The position numbers and the translations under genes were made by a program. Shown here piece after piece: positions 1 through 9,312 of a DNA stretch of 20,000 nucleotides. Within the stretch, counting starts at the first letter, position 1; the number at the start of each line of letters is the position of its first letter. A model generated the notes under the pieces. It worked only from the letters and a program-made list of their open reading frames with translations, had not been told where the DNA came from and did no database searches. The stretch lies in sequence record SRR20825010_130; one strand, written 5' to 3'.

Positions 1-351
1 ACTCCACTTTCTATAAATTTTCTAGCCAATTATAGTCTATCCGATCTGATCAAAAACGATATTGATATTAAGTCTATTGTGGGAATGTTGACAATGCTCA
101 CCTTGGCTTGTGGTTTTATGTTTCAACTGCCCGTGGTATCTTATTTTCTATCTAAGGCAGGTTTAGTTACGCCAGCATTAATGAAAAGGTATAGAAAACA
201 CGCTTTAGTGGTTATACTTATACTATCAGCAATACTTACCCCCCCCGATGTAATGAGTCAGGTTTTAATTTCTTTACCAATTATAGTACTTTACGAGGTA
301 AGTATTATCGTCTCGAGAAGAGTAGAAAAGAAAAGTCAGAAAAATCAATAA
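1..351 (+). CDS. tatC: Twin-arginine translocase subunit TatC (C-terminal part; gene starts upstream of window)
   Basis: Frame is open from base 1 (TPLSINFLANYSLSDLIKNDIDIKSIVGML...). Contains TatC motifs FQLPVV, YRKHA, SAILTPPD and LYEVSI. Confidence 0.95.
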   Translation, partial: TPLSINFLANYSLSDLIKNDIDIKSIVGMLTMLTLACGFMFQLPVVSYFLSKAGLVTPALMKRYRKHALVVILILSAILTPPDVMSQVLISLPIIVLYEVSIIVSRRVEKKSQKNQ

Positions 352-352
352 A

Positions 353-784
353 ATGAAGAATATAGGAATTGGTGGCGACCACGCAGGTTACGAATACAAA
401 AATGAAATCATACCTTATTTGGAGGCCTTAGGATTTAACGTGACAGACTTTGGGCCTAACTCGACAGATTCGGTAGACTACCCAGACTACATCCATCCAA
501 TGGCCTCTCAAGTTGAAGCTGGTAAGCTGGATTTAGGGATTGCCATTTGCGGAAGCGGAAATGGTGTTTGCATGACCGCTAATAAACATCAGGGAATAAG
601 AGCTGCCTTAACTTGGAATACAGAACTGGCTTCTTTGGCACGCCAACACAATAATGCAAATGTTGTTTGTATCCCTGCGCGATTTGTAGATTTAGACCTA
701 GCAAAAAAAATGGCAAAAGTATTTCTTGAAACTGATTTTGAGGGAGGAAGACACCAAAAAAGAGTTGATAAAATCAATTGCTAG
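353..784 (+). CDS. rpiB: Ribose-5-phosphate isomerase B
   Basis: GGDHAG, DYPD, ICGSGNG, ARQHNNAN and FEGGRH motifs of the RpiB/LacAB family. Confidence 0.96.
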   Translation: MKNIGIGGDHAGYEYKNEIIPYLEALGFNVTDFGPNSTDSVDYPDYIHPMASQVEAGKLDLGIAICGSGNGVCMTANKHQGIRAALTWNTELASLARQHNNANVVCIPARFVDLDLAKKMAKVFLETDFEGGRHQKRVDKINC

Positions 785-796
785 TTCACCCCATAA

Positions 797-1849
797 TCAA
801 GGAGTGAAGAGAAAAGTAACTGAAGAGACAACCAGAAGAAGAAATACAATTTCCGCAACCCAACGTTTTCCTCTAGTCAGTAAAAACTGAGTGGAGAAAA
901 AAGTCAAGGGGATAATTATGGTTTGCGCTGTCAATAATGTCAATTGATTATCTAATCTAAAGATCACCAAAGCGAAGACCAACATCCATAACATCATTCT
1001 TTGTATCAAAATTTGATGATTTACAAGCCCCACCCCTTGAAAGCTTTGAGCTCCAGATAAAACACTCAGAAATAAAGGCAAACCAAAAATCAATAACAGT
1101 TCATTAATTACTCCGCTGTCCATTTCATTTATCTGAAACAGATCTGAAAAATAATATCCCAGAAAAGCAGCCCCTTGTCCGAAGTATAAATAATAAATCC
1201 AAAAGATAAGAAAACTAGAAACAAAGCCATATGTCATTAAGAAGTACCTTCGGACTAAAGTACCCGAATAGATGATGTAAATTACAATGGCGAAAATCAA
1301 GAAAATAAAGTATGGAGCATAACATAATGTGCCTAAGCCCAATAAGAACCCTGTAGTAAGAATATTCTCTTCTGACCCCCTAAACTTCAGATGAACAAGG
1401 ATTTTATCCGTAGCTAATAGCAAAAAGGTATTGGCCATTAACGCTGGACTTAAGAACAAAAACTCTTGATTTGAGCTTAATATCAAGGCGTAAAGTATAC
1501 CAGGCAAATAAGTGTTTTCTTCAAAAGCTGCATTCCTTTGAAGTGTCGAGTTAAAAATCAATGCTTGTATAAAAACAAGTATGGTTGACACCACAACGGA
1601 CACCAACATTGAACTATTAAATAAAAATGTAAGTAGTCCGTAAAAAAAGACATACAATGGGCCAGCAGAAATGGAATTGAATATTACCACTCTTGGGTTT
1701 TCATTTAAAGCAGAACCCAGCAAATATGAGTTATCCAGAATAGTAGACTCTTCTAAGCCCATAATGAGCAGAATAACCCTAGTAATGATCAAAAAGGCAG
1801 CTATAAACAATAGCAAATAGGGATCGTTTTTTCTGAAGAATCGAAGCAA
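797..1849 (-). CDS. Polytopic inner-membrane protein of unknown function (Bacteroidota DUF6427-like)
   Basis: 350 aa with many hydrophobic segments and a TTG start. The family call is from recall only. Confidence 0.7.
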   Translation of the reverse strand: MLRFFRKNDPYLLLFIAAFLIITRVILLIMGLEESTILDNSYLLGSALNENPRVVIFNSISAGPLYVFFYGLLTFLFNSSMLVSVVVSTILVFIQALIFNSTLQRNAAFEENTYLPGILYALILSSNQEFLFLSPALMANTFLLLATDKILVHLKFRGSEENILTTGFLLGLGTLCYAPYFIFLIFAIVIYIIYSGTLVRRYFLMTYGFVSSFLIFWIYYLYFGQGAAFLGYYFSDLFQINEMDSGVINELLLIFGLPLFLSVLSGAQSFQGVGLVNHQILIQRMMLWMLVFALVIFRLDNQLTLLTAQTIIIPLTFFSTQFLLTRGKRWVAEIVFLLLVVSSVTFLFTP

Positions 1850-1873
1850 TTTGAATGTTGTTACAATGAGTTG

Positions 1874-1881
1874 CTAAAATA
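1874..1881 (-). promoter_or_regulatory. Candidate Bacteroidota housekeeping-sigma -7 element for the 797..1849 gene
   Basis: Minus strand reads TATTTTAG (7/8 match to TAnnTTTG), about 25 nt upstream of the start. Confidence 0.35.
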
Positions 1882-1934
1882 AGTCAAAAAAATGGCAGGA
1901 AGGAAAATAGATAAATTAATAAGATATTTGCATC

Positions 1935-2321
1935 ATGAACCAAAGCCAAAGTAAAAGACAGCTTAAATTTTCTAAACTCATTCAAAAAGAGATTAGCGAA
2001 ATATTTCAAAAGGAACACTCAGCTAAATTCATCGGCTCATTGGTAACCGTATCTGATGTAAGTATGAGCCCTGATCTTGGTTTAGCCAGAATTTACCTCA
2101 GTATTTTCCCAGTGAAATCTTCTGAAAAAATTATGGAAGCAATAGAGGCATCCAAAAGCAAAATTCGTGGAAGCCTGGGAAGACGCATTGGTAAAGAAGT
2201 ACGAATCGTTCCACATATTGCTTTCCATTCAGACAATACGGCTGAGGAAGCAGAGAAAATGGATCAAATCATCAACAAACTGAATATCCCCCCTACTCCA
2301 AATAACGATACTGAAGAATAA
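1935..2321 (+). CDS. rbfA: 30S ribosome-binding factor A
   Basis: SKRQLKFSKLIQKEISEIF, VTVSDVSMSPDLGLARIYLS and RIVPHIAFHSD are RbfA signatures. Confidence 0.95.
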   Translation: MNQSQSKRQLKFSKLIQKEISEIFQKEHSAKFIGSLVTVSDVSMSPDLGLARIYLSIFPVKSSEKIMEAIEASKSKIRGSLGRRIGKEVRIVPHIAFHSDNTAEEAEKMDQIINKLNIPPTPNNDTEE

Positions 2322-2324
2322 ATT

Positions 2325-3551
2325 TTGAACCTCTCCAGTTTCATAGCAAAGCGTTATTTCGCTTCAAAGAAAAAAAAGAACTTCATACAGGTACTTTCAT
2401 GGATTTCTGTGATTGGCGTGGCCATAGGCACAGCCGCCCTTATCGTTGTACTTTCAGTTTTCAACGGCCTTCAAGATTTTGTTCGCTCCATATACAACTC
2501 CTTTGATGCTCCTTTAACCATTCAAGCCTCGGTGGGGAAATCCTTTGTGATGACTCCCGAGCTACGGTCAAAAATTGAGACCATCGAGGGTATTAATGTA
2601 GTAACGGAAGTAATTGAAGACAACGCCCTGATCCTCTTTCAGGATCAGCAAGTCGTGGCTAAAATTAAGGGGGTTGAAAGCAACTATGCGACCGTAAATC
2701 GACTCGACTCTTTTTTAGTGCGTGGGAATATGAAGTTGAAAGAAAACAACATCAACTATGCAATTCTAGGAACAGGTGTGGCTTATGATTTAAGCCTTAG
2801 GCTTGATGTAAACCCCTATGGAATGCAGATCGTTTATCCCAAAAAGCTCAGACCTGGGGTGCCCGTTACTAATAGTTCAATCACTCGAAAAAGTATAGTC
2901 CCCGCTGCTATTTTCAATATTGAACCCGTTTATAATGAAAGCTATGTCTTTGTCCCATTGAGTTTCGCTCAAGAGTTAATGGATTATGGGGAAAAACGGA
3001 CTTCCGTAGAGCTTTACCTCAATGAAGGGGTAAGCATTAAGAAATTAAAAGAGCAAGTGGCAAATACACTCGGAAGTGATTTCAAGGTCCTCAATAGCGA
3101 TGAACTTCATTCTAGTTTATTAAAGGCCATAAAAATTGAAAAATTTTTCGCTTACATCACCCTCTCATTCATTATGGCTATTGCCTCTTTTAATATTTTC
3201 TTTACCCTTTCCATGCTGGCCATAGAAAAGAAGCGAGACATCTCCGTGTTGTACTCGTTTGGAGCTACCGCACAGTTTATTCGCCAGATTTTCCTTAAGC
3301 AAGGTAGCATTATTTCTCTGGTAGGTTCCATCATCGGTTTATTAAGCGGCTTGGCCCTTTGCCTCCTACAACAACAATTTGGTTTGGTGAGTATGGGAAT
3401 GCAAAGTGCAGTAATGAATGCCTATCCCGTTAAATTGGAGTTAATGGATTTTATAATGGTAGGCTTTAGTATTTTTCTCATCACTGTTTTAATATCCTAT
3501 CGCCCTGCAATTATTGCCTCACGGGTAGAAACCATTAAAAACCTCAATTGA
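2325..3551 (+). CDS. ABC transporter permease, LolC/LolE (MacB/FtsX-like) family
   Basis: N-terminal FIAKRYF and TM1 GVAIGTAALIVVLSVFNG, a large periplasmic domain, EKKRDISVLYSFGAT and three C-terminal TMs. TTG start 3 nt after the rbfA stop. Confidence 0.9.
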   Translation: MNLSSFIAKRYFASKKKKNFIQVLSWISVIGVAIGTAALIVVLSVFNGLQDFVRSIYNSFDAPLTIQASVGKSFVMTPELRSKIETIEGINVVTEVIEDNALILFQDQQVVAKIKGVESNYATVNRLDSFLVRGNMKLKENNINYAILGTGVAYDLSLRLDVNPYGMQIVYPKKLRPGVPVTNSSITRKSIVPAAIFNIEPVYNESYVFVPLSFAQELMDYGEKRTSVELYLNEGVSIKKLKEQVANTLGSDFKVLNSDELHSSLLKAIKIEKFFAYITLSFIMAIASFNIFFTLSMLAIEKKRDISVLYSFGATAQFIRQIFLKQGSIISLVGSIIGLLSGLALCLLQQQFGLVSMGMQSAVMNAYPVKLELMDFIMVGFSIFLITVLISYRPAIIASRVETIKNLN

Positions 3552-3647
3552 TTTTCAAGTAGTTATATTTTTTACTCCGCTTTTTGTTCAATTTCGGCCA
3601 GCCCTTCTCAAATTAATAATTAATTTGCGGGTCGCATTTTTTTTGAA

Positions 3648-6578
3648 ATGAAGGTATCAACAGGCAAACCGTTCCAATTAATCTATTCGCTTTTTCAGCA
3701 CGAATACTTAGGCTATCTATTCGAATCCTTTGTAATTCAGTTGGATGACAAAGGGCGCTTAACTCTGCAACACCAAAACATATCTTCAAAAAACGCGAAA
3801 GAATTTGGTGCCAAAATGGACGACCGAGACTTTGAGCTGATAAAGCTCATGGATCAAATGCAACAAGAAGCCATCACGCTTAAGTTCTACAAGAAAAAAA
3901 TCAAACCCGCTGATTTCTTTTTCAAAGTATATGACAAAGAAAAAGGCGATGTAGAATTACAAAACACCATTGACCACTACCTAGAGGTAAGGCGTTCGAG
4001 AATTCTCGATCTTATGGAAGGTAAAATGATTTTTGAAATGGGACGTGATGGTGAGCCTGCTTGGAGACAAATTCACTGGATGGAACAAAAAGCCAGCGTC
4101 CTTTTTCACTTCCGAAGAAATGAGGACAACACCCACTATTTCCCTACCATTAAACACAATGGTGAAAGATTAGAGTGGCAGTACAACGGTTCATTTCTCA
4201 TCTGTAATCAGCCTGCTTGGTTGGTGGTAAACGATCAACTTTTCCGCTTCGAAAAAGGAGTGGACGGACCAAAGTTGAAACCCTTTCTCAATAAGAAGTT
4301 TGTTGTAATTCCTAGAAAAGTGGAAGCCACTTACTACGAGAAATTTGTTAGTAATTTGGTGGCTTCTTTCGATGTATATGCCAAGGGTTTTGACATTAAT
4401 ACTGAAAGGCATGACCTGATTCCAGAAATTACCTTTTCCGAATTATCAACGGCTCAATCGGCAACTCCAGACCTTTTTGGATCAAGTAAAAGCAATGGAA
4501 AAGGGGATCCAGAACCTGCCAAATTGCTATTTAAAATTGGCTTTAAATATGGCCCATACACATTTCCATATGATGTAAATGCCACTTCATCCGTGAAGTT
4601 AGAGCGTAAGGGAGAGGAATATATTTTCCATAAAGTAAAGCGAAATCTAGATGCTGAATTATGGATCATTAATAGATTGAGCGAGAAAGGTTTGGTGCTG
4701 AAAAATGGACGCCAGACCCTGACCCGTGGGGAAGGTTTTGCCTGGCTTTCAGAGAAAAAAGAATTTATTGACAACGAAGGCATTATTGTACGTCAAAGTG
4801 AAAAAGACAGCAAACGCTATTTTGTTGGTGAAGCCCATATTGACATCAAAGTGAATGAAAACATCGACTGGTTCGATATTCACGCCATCATAAAATTCGG
4901 AGATTTTGAAATTCCCTTTGAGAAATTAAGAAAACTTATTTCAGGCAAAAAAAGGGAGATCATACTTCCAAACGGTGAAATCGCGGTAATTCCTGACGCT
5001 TGGTTTGTCAATTACGCTGAGCTTTTCGCCTTTATGAATCATGAAGGTGCGCCAAGACTTAAAAAGCATCACCTGTCACTTATTCAAGATTTGCAGAATG
5101 GACAGCTGGCCCAAGTCAGCATGGACAGGAAGCTTAGACAGCTGGAAAATTTTGAAGAAATTGAAGATTTCACAATTCCACCAAGCTTTATTGGGGAGTT
5201 AAGGCCTTATCAAAAAGCGGGATACAACTGGATGCGTTTTCTTTCTAGCTATAACTTTGGGGGTTGCTTGGCAGATGACATGGGTTTGGGTAAAACGGTC
5301 CAAACCTTGGCCATGCTTCAGTCAGAAAAAGACAAGGGAAAGAAGAATGCATCGCTATTAATCATGCCTACTTCCTTAATTTACAACTGGGAAATTGAAG
5401 CGTCCAAATTTACCCCTGACCTAAAAGTATTGGTGTATTCAGGCTCTGGAAGGGACAAAGATGTGGCAAGTTTTGAAGGCTATGATTTGGTGCTTACTTC
5501 TTATGGCATCACAAGAATAGATATTGATATTCTAAAGGGCTACTACTTTAATTATGTGATTCTCGATGAGTCGCAGGCCATCAAAAACCCATCTTCCAAC
5601 ATTGCCAAATCCGTCCGTAAACTGAAATCTAAATACAGACTTATCCTGACAGGAACTCCACTTGAAAACAGCACTTTGGACTTATGGTCGCAAATGAGTT
5701 TTGTCAATCCTGGGCTATTAGGTACGGAGAGCTACTTTAAAGATGAGTTTCAAATACCAATTGAAAAGAAGCAAGACCAAGAAAAAGCCAAAAGGCTGAA
5801 CGTGATTATTAAGCCCTTCATTTTAAGAAGGCAAAAATCGCAAGTGGCTAAGGACTTGCCAGAAAAGGTAGAAAATGTGAAATACAGCACAATGACTGCC
5901 CAGCAAGAAGAAAAGTATGAAGAGGTGAAGTCGTATTACAGAAATAAAATTCTGGACAACATAGAAAAAACGGGGGTTAAAAAGTCCCAACTTCTGCTAT
6001 TGCAAGGCCTGACACAACTCAGGCAAATTGCCAACCACCCTAGAATGACGGACCCTGAATATACCGGTGATTCCGGGAAGCTGGAAGACGTAACTTATAT
6101 GATTGAATCGGCCTTGAGTAAAGGCCATAAAATCCTCATTTTTAGTCAGTTCGTAAAACATCTATCTATAGTAAAAGAGTACTTTGATAATAAGGGGTTG
6201 AGTTATGCTTATTTGGATGGAGCTACAAAAAACAGACAAGAGCAAGTAGAGCTTTTTCAAGAAGACGAGAGCATCAGGCTATTTTTGATTTCTCTAAAAG
6301 CTGGTGGTGTGGGCTTAAACCTAACCCGTGCAGATTATGTGTTCTTACTTGACCCTTGGTGGAATCCTGCAATTGAAGCCCAAGCCGTGGATAGGGCTCA
6401 TAGAATCGGGCAGAAGAACATAGTGTTCACCTATAAATTTATCACCCGGAATACGGTAGAAGAAAAAATTCTGGCCCTACAACAAAATAAAATCAAGTTG
6501 GCTTCCGATTTAATTACTACGGAAGAAAGCTTTATCAAAAAGTTAGAGGCCAGCGATATCGCAAGCCTATTGAGTTAA
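3648..6578 (+). CDS. SNF2/SWI2-family helicase-like ATPase with long N-terminal domain
   Basis: LRPYQ, LADDMGLGKT (Walker A), ILDESQ (motif II), LTGTPLEN, GGVGLNLT, DPWWNPA and QAVDRAHRIGQ (motif VI). Confidence 0.95.
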   Translation: MKVSTGKPFQLIYSLFQHEYLGYLFESFVIQLDDKGRLTLQHQNISSKNAKEFGAKMDDRDFELIKLMDQMQQEAITLKFYKKKIKPADFFFKVYDKEKGDVELQNTIDHYLEVRRSRILDLMEGKMIFEMGRDGEPAWRQIHWMEQKASVLFHFRRNEDNTHYFPTIKHNGERLEWQYNGSFLICNQPAWLVVNDQLFRFEKGVDGPKLKPFLNKKFVVIPRKVEATYYEKFVSNLVASFDVYAKGFDINTERHDLIPEITFSELSTAQSATPDLFGSSKSNGKGDPEPAKLLFKIGFKYGPYTFPYDVNATSSVKLERKGEEYIFHKVKRNLDAELWIINRLSEKGLVLKNGRQTLTRGEGFAWLSEKKEFIDNEGIIVRQSEKDSKRYFVGEAHIDIKVNENIDWFDIHAIIKFGDFEIPFEKLRKLISGKKREIILPNGEIAVIPDAWFVNYAELFAFMNHEGAPRLKKHHLSLIQDLQNGQLAQVSMDRKLRQLENFEEIEDFTIPPSFIGELRPYQKAGYNWMRFLSSYNFGGCLADDMGLGKTVQTLAMLQSEKDKGKKNASLLIMPTSLIYNWEIEASKFTPDLKVLVYSGSGRDKDVASFEGYDLVLTSYGITRIDIDILKGYYFNYVILDESQAIKNPSSNIAKSVRKLKSKYRLILTGTPLENSTLDLWSQMSFVNPGLLGTESYFKDEFQIPIEKKQDQEKAKRLNVIIKPFILRRQKSQVAKDLPEKVENVKYSTMTAQQEEKYEEVKSYYRNKILDNIEKTGVKKSQLLLLQGLTQLRQIANHPRMTDPEYTGDSGKLEDVTYMIESALSKGHKILIFSQFVKHLSIVKEYFDNKGLSYAYLDGATKNRQEQVELFQEDESIRLFLISLKAGGVGLNLTRADYVFLLDPWWNPAIEAQAVDRAHRIGQKNIVFTYKFITRNTVEEKILALQQNKIKLASDLITTEESFIKKLEASDIASLLS

Positions 6579-6684
6579 TCTGATTTGCGCCCAAAACTGG
6601 ATTAATAAACCAAATATTGCTGTCTCTAATTGTACTCATTTATATTAAATACCACTATAAGAGGAACTTTACATTTTTCAACTA

Positions 6685-6836
6685 AAAAGTCAATCCTTAG
6701 TGCATCCTTTTTGTTCATAACCCAGTATGCATAGGAATTGACATTCCTTTTGGAATACTCTCTTCATAAGTTAGTAAAAAAAAGATGTTGATAATTCGAT
6801 TGAAAAGCGGGCGCAGAAGGTGCCCGCTATTTTTTT
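6685..6836 (+). ncRNA. Candidate structured small RNA (or long structured 3' UTR) between SNF2 and radA
   Basis: Long imperfect stem 6689-6705/6727-6742, hairpin 6743-6756 and an intrinsic terminator. A -7-like TACATTTT lies at 6670-6677. No long ORF. Confidence 0.4.
6806..6836 (+). terminator. Rho-independent terminator
   Basis: AGCGGGCGC-AGAAG-GTGCCCGCT followed by ATTTTTTT. Confidence 0.85.
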
Positions 6837-6867
6837 ATACTCCCTTTCCATTTAACTTGCCCATGGT

Positions 6868-8241
6868 ATGGCGAAGATCAAATCTGTTTACGTTTGTCAA
6901 AATTGTGGGGTCCAATCTCCCAAGTGGGTAGGCAAGTGTAATTCCTGCAATGAATGGAATACATATGTTGAAGAGCAGGTAGGAGCACCTGAAAAAGAAC
7001 TCACCAATTGGAGGGAAAAGGATTCAAAATCACCTACTTCAAAACCCATTCGCCTTAACGAAATAGAGAACAATAGTGAAAAACGAATTGTCACTTATGA
7101 CAAAGAACTGAACCGCGTTTTAGGGGGAGGAATCGTGCTTGGTTCATTGGTGCTTATTGGTGGCGAACCAGGTATCGGCAAATCTACTTTAATGCTCCAA
7201 TTGGCCCTTTCATCTAAGCGATTAAAAGTGCTTTACGTTTCTGGAGAAGAAAGCCAACAACAAATTAAAATGCGTGCACAGCGTATCGGCCAATCGTCTG
7301 ACAACTGTTTTATTCTGGCAGAAACTTCTACCCAACATATTTTCACCCAAATCAGAGAAATTCAACCCGATATTCTTGTTATAGATTCGATCCAAACATT
7401 ACATACCCCAAGAATAGAATCGGCTGCCGGAAGCGTATCACAAGTGAGAGAATGTACTGCTGAACTGCTCAAATTTGCCAAAGAAAGTAATACCCCTGTT
7501 TTTCTAGTAGGCCACATTACCAAAGAAGGAAGTCTGGCTGGCCCTAAAGTATTGGAGCATATGGTAGACACTGTGCTTCAATTTGAAGGCGACAGGCATT
7601 TGGCTTATCGAATTTTACGTACCGTTAAAAATCGATTTGGTTCTACTTCTGAATTGGGTATTTACGAAATGCAGTCTACTGGGCTTCGCGAAGTTTCAAA
7701 CCCCTCTGAAATCCTTATTAGCCAACGCGAAGCAGACTCGCCTGGTGTAGCCATTGGCGCGTCCATAGAAGGCAATCGACCACTTTTGATTGAGATTCAG
7801 TCACTAGTAAGCACCGCTTCGTATGGAACGCCTCAAAGAAGCTCTACTGGCTTTGACGCCAAAAGACTCAACATGCTGTTGGCTGTATTGGAAAAACGTG
7901 GTGGTTTTAGGCTCAGCAGCCAAGATGTATTTTTAAACGTGGCTGGTGGAATAAAAATCGAAGAACCAGCCATAGATCTTGCCGTTTGTGCCTCTTTGGT
8001 AAGCGGCTTACACGATGCCCCAATTTCAGATAAAACTGCCTTTGCTGCCGAGGTAGGCCTGGGGGGAGAAGTGAGAGCGGTCAATAGAATTGACAACCGA
8101 ATTTCTGAAGCCGAAAAACTGGGCTTTACTGAAATATTTATTTCTAAGTACAATATGAAAGGGCTCGATCAGAAAAAGTACAAAATCAAAATCAGGCCTT
8201 TCAGTAGGCTTACCGATGTTTTTGAAGAGTTGTTGGGTTAA
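6868..8241 (+). CDS. radA: DNA repair protein RadA/Sms
   Basis: C4 zinc finger CQNC..CNSC, Walker A GEPGIGKS, KNRFG motif and a Lon-like C-terminal domain. Confidence 0.98.
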   Translation: MAKIKSVYVCQNCGVQSPKWVGKCNSCNEWNTYVEEQVGAPEKELTNWREKDSKSPTSKPIRLNEIENNSEKRIVTYDKELNRVLGGGIVLGSLVLIGGEPGIGKSTLMLQLALSSKRLKVLYVSGEESQQQIKMRAQRIGQSSDNCFILAETSTQHIFTQIREIQPDILVIDSIQTLHTPRIESAAGSVSQVRECTAELLKFAKESNTPVFLVGHITKEGSLAGPKVLEHMVDTVLQFEGDRHLAYRILRTVKNRFGSTSELGIYEMQSTGLREVSNPSEILISQREADSPGVAIGASIEGNRPLLIEIQSLVSTASYGTPQRSSTGFDAKRLNMLLAVLEKRGGFRLSSQDVFLNVAGGIKIEEPAIDLAVCASLVSGLHDAPISDKTAFAAEVGLGGEVRAVNRIDNRISEAEKLGFTEIFISKYNMKGLDQKKYKIKIRPFSRLTDVFEELLG

Positions 8242-9131
8242 GTTCTAAAATCAAAACCCGCATTTCCTTGAAGACCTCCCGTATGCAAAGCCATAATTAC
8301 GGTTCCTTTTTCAAAGAAATCATTCCTAATCAAATCGAAAAGGCCGTAGAACATTTTACCTGTATATATAGGTTCTAAAGGAATATTATGAGCGCGCTCA
8401 AATTCCTGAATAAAACTGATCAAATCAGGTTTTACTTTGGCATAGCCGCCAAAATGATAATTTGTTTGAATTGACCAATTATTGAGGGTTCCAGCCCCAA
8501 TTTCCTGCAGAAGCGTGTGCACTTCATCTTTCAGAAAATCTCCTTTAAGTGCCGAAAAGCCTATTACATGTTTCATTCCTTTTAAGCCAGAAATCAACCC
8601 CGATACGGTTCCACCGGTCCCTACTGGGCAAGTAATCACATCAAATTCCTGATCCATCTCGCTGATGATTTCTGTACAACCTATAATGGCCAGTCCATTG
8701 GTTCCGCCTTCGGGCAATACATAGCATTTACCAAATTGTACTTCAAGCTGTTTTAATACTTCAGTCTCACTTTTTCTTCGGTAAGTTTCCCTATTCATGT
8801 AATGCAAATACATTCCTTGCGATTGCGCAAAGCACAATGTTGGGTTCAGTGTTTCGTGTGCTTCGCCTCGAATGACACCAATGGTTTTAAAGCCGAAACA
8901 AGCACCCGCTCCAGCTACCGCATAAATATGATTGGAAAAGGCACCCCCAAATGTCAAGAGCGTATCATGCCCCTCCAGTTTTGCTTGTTCTAGGTTATAT
9001 TTCAGTTTTCTGAACTTGTTGCCCGAAACCACTGGATGATTAAGATCCTCGCGCTTCACTAAAACCCTGATTCCTTTTCCCTCAAAAAGTGGATCACTTA
9101 TTTCTTGAATAGGCGTGCTAGACGATTGCAT
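8238..9131 (-). CDS. PLP-dependent D-cysteine desulfhydrase (ACC deaminase/DCD family)
   Basis: KREDL, SGNKFRK, GGAFSNH and GTGGT motifs. Has YTGK and HTGG where true ACC deaminases have YEGK and HLGG. Its stop overlaps the radA stop (TTAA 8238-8241). Confidence 0.88.
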   Translation of the reverse strand: MQSSSTPIQEISDPLFEGKGIRVLVKREDLNHPVVSGNKFRKLKYNLEQAKLEGHDTLLTFGGAFSNHIYAVAGAGACFGFKTIGVIRGEAHETLNPTLCFAQSQGMYLHYMNRETYRRKSETEVLKQLEVQFGKCYVLPEGGTNGLAIIGCTEIISEMDQEFDVITCPVGTGGTVSGLISGLKGMKHVIGFSALKGDFLKDEVHTLLQEIGAGTLNNWSIQTNYHFGGYAKVKPDLISFIQEFERAHNIPLEPIYTGKMFYGLFDLIRNDFFEKGTVIMALHTGGLQGNAGFDFRT

Positions 9132-9198
9132 GAATGAAGATAGATGAGTTTCAAAAACTATTCGAATTATATGGCAAATTTGGCGAAACAGTAGCTAC

Positions 9199-9237
9199 AA
9201 AAAAAAGATGCTGCCACTTTCGCAACAGCACCATCTT
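9199..9237 (-). terminator. Rho-independent terminator
   Basis: Minus strand AAGATGGTGCTGTTGC-GAAA-GTGGCAGCATCTT running into a T8 tract; GNRA loop with G-U pairs. Confidence 0.8.
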
Positions 9238-9300
9238 CAACCAAAAACATTAAAACCTCAATCTAATCTATCTCTACTTTTAACCTAAGCATTTATCAAA
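9199..9300 (-). ncRNA. Candidate ~100-nt small RNA (contains a 9-codon ORF at 9263..9292)
   Basis: Bounded by a perfect -7 promoter element and a strong terminator. The body is U/G/A-rich and C-poor. Confidence 0.55.
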
Positions 9301-9304
9301 CACT

Positions 9305-9312
9305 CAAAGTTA
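9305..9312 (-). promoter_or_regulatory. Bacteroidota housekeeping-sigma -7 element
   Basis: Minus strand TAACTTTG is an exact match to TAnnTTTG. Confidence 0.65.

Noticed and set aside
3648-6578. SNF2 gene as part of an anti-phage system (DISARM/Zorya-like)
   Set aside because: No methylase, nuclease or other defence partner is adjacent; its neighbours are core genes.
8238-8241. Overlapping stop codons of radA and the desulfhydrase
   Set aside because: A 4-bp convergent overlap is common and not informative on its own.
8238-9131. ACC deaminase (acdS) call
   Set aside because: The diagnostic Glu and Leu positions are both Thr (YTGK, HTGG), which indicates D-cysteine desulfhydrase.
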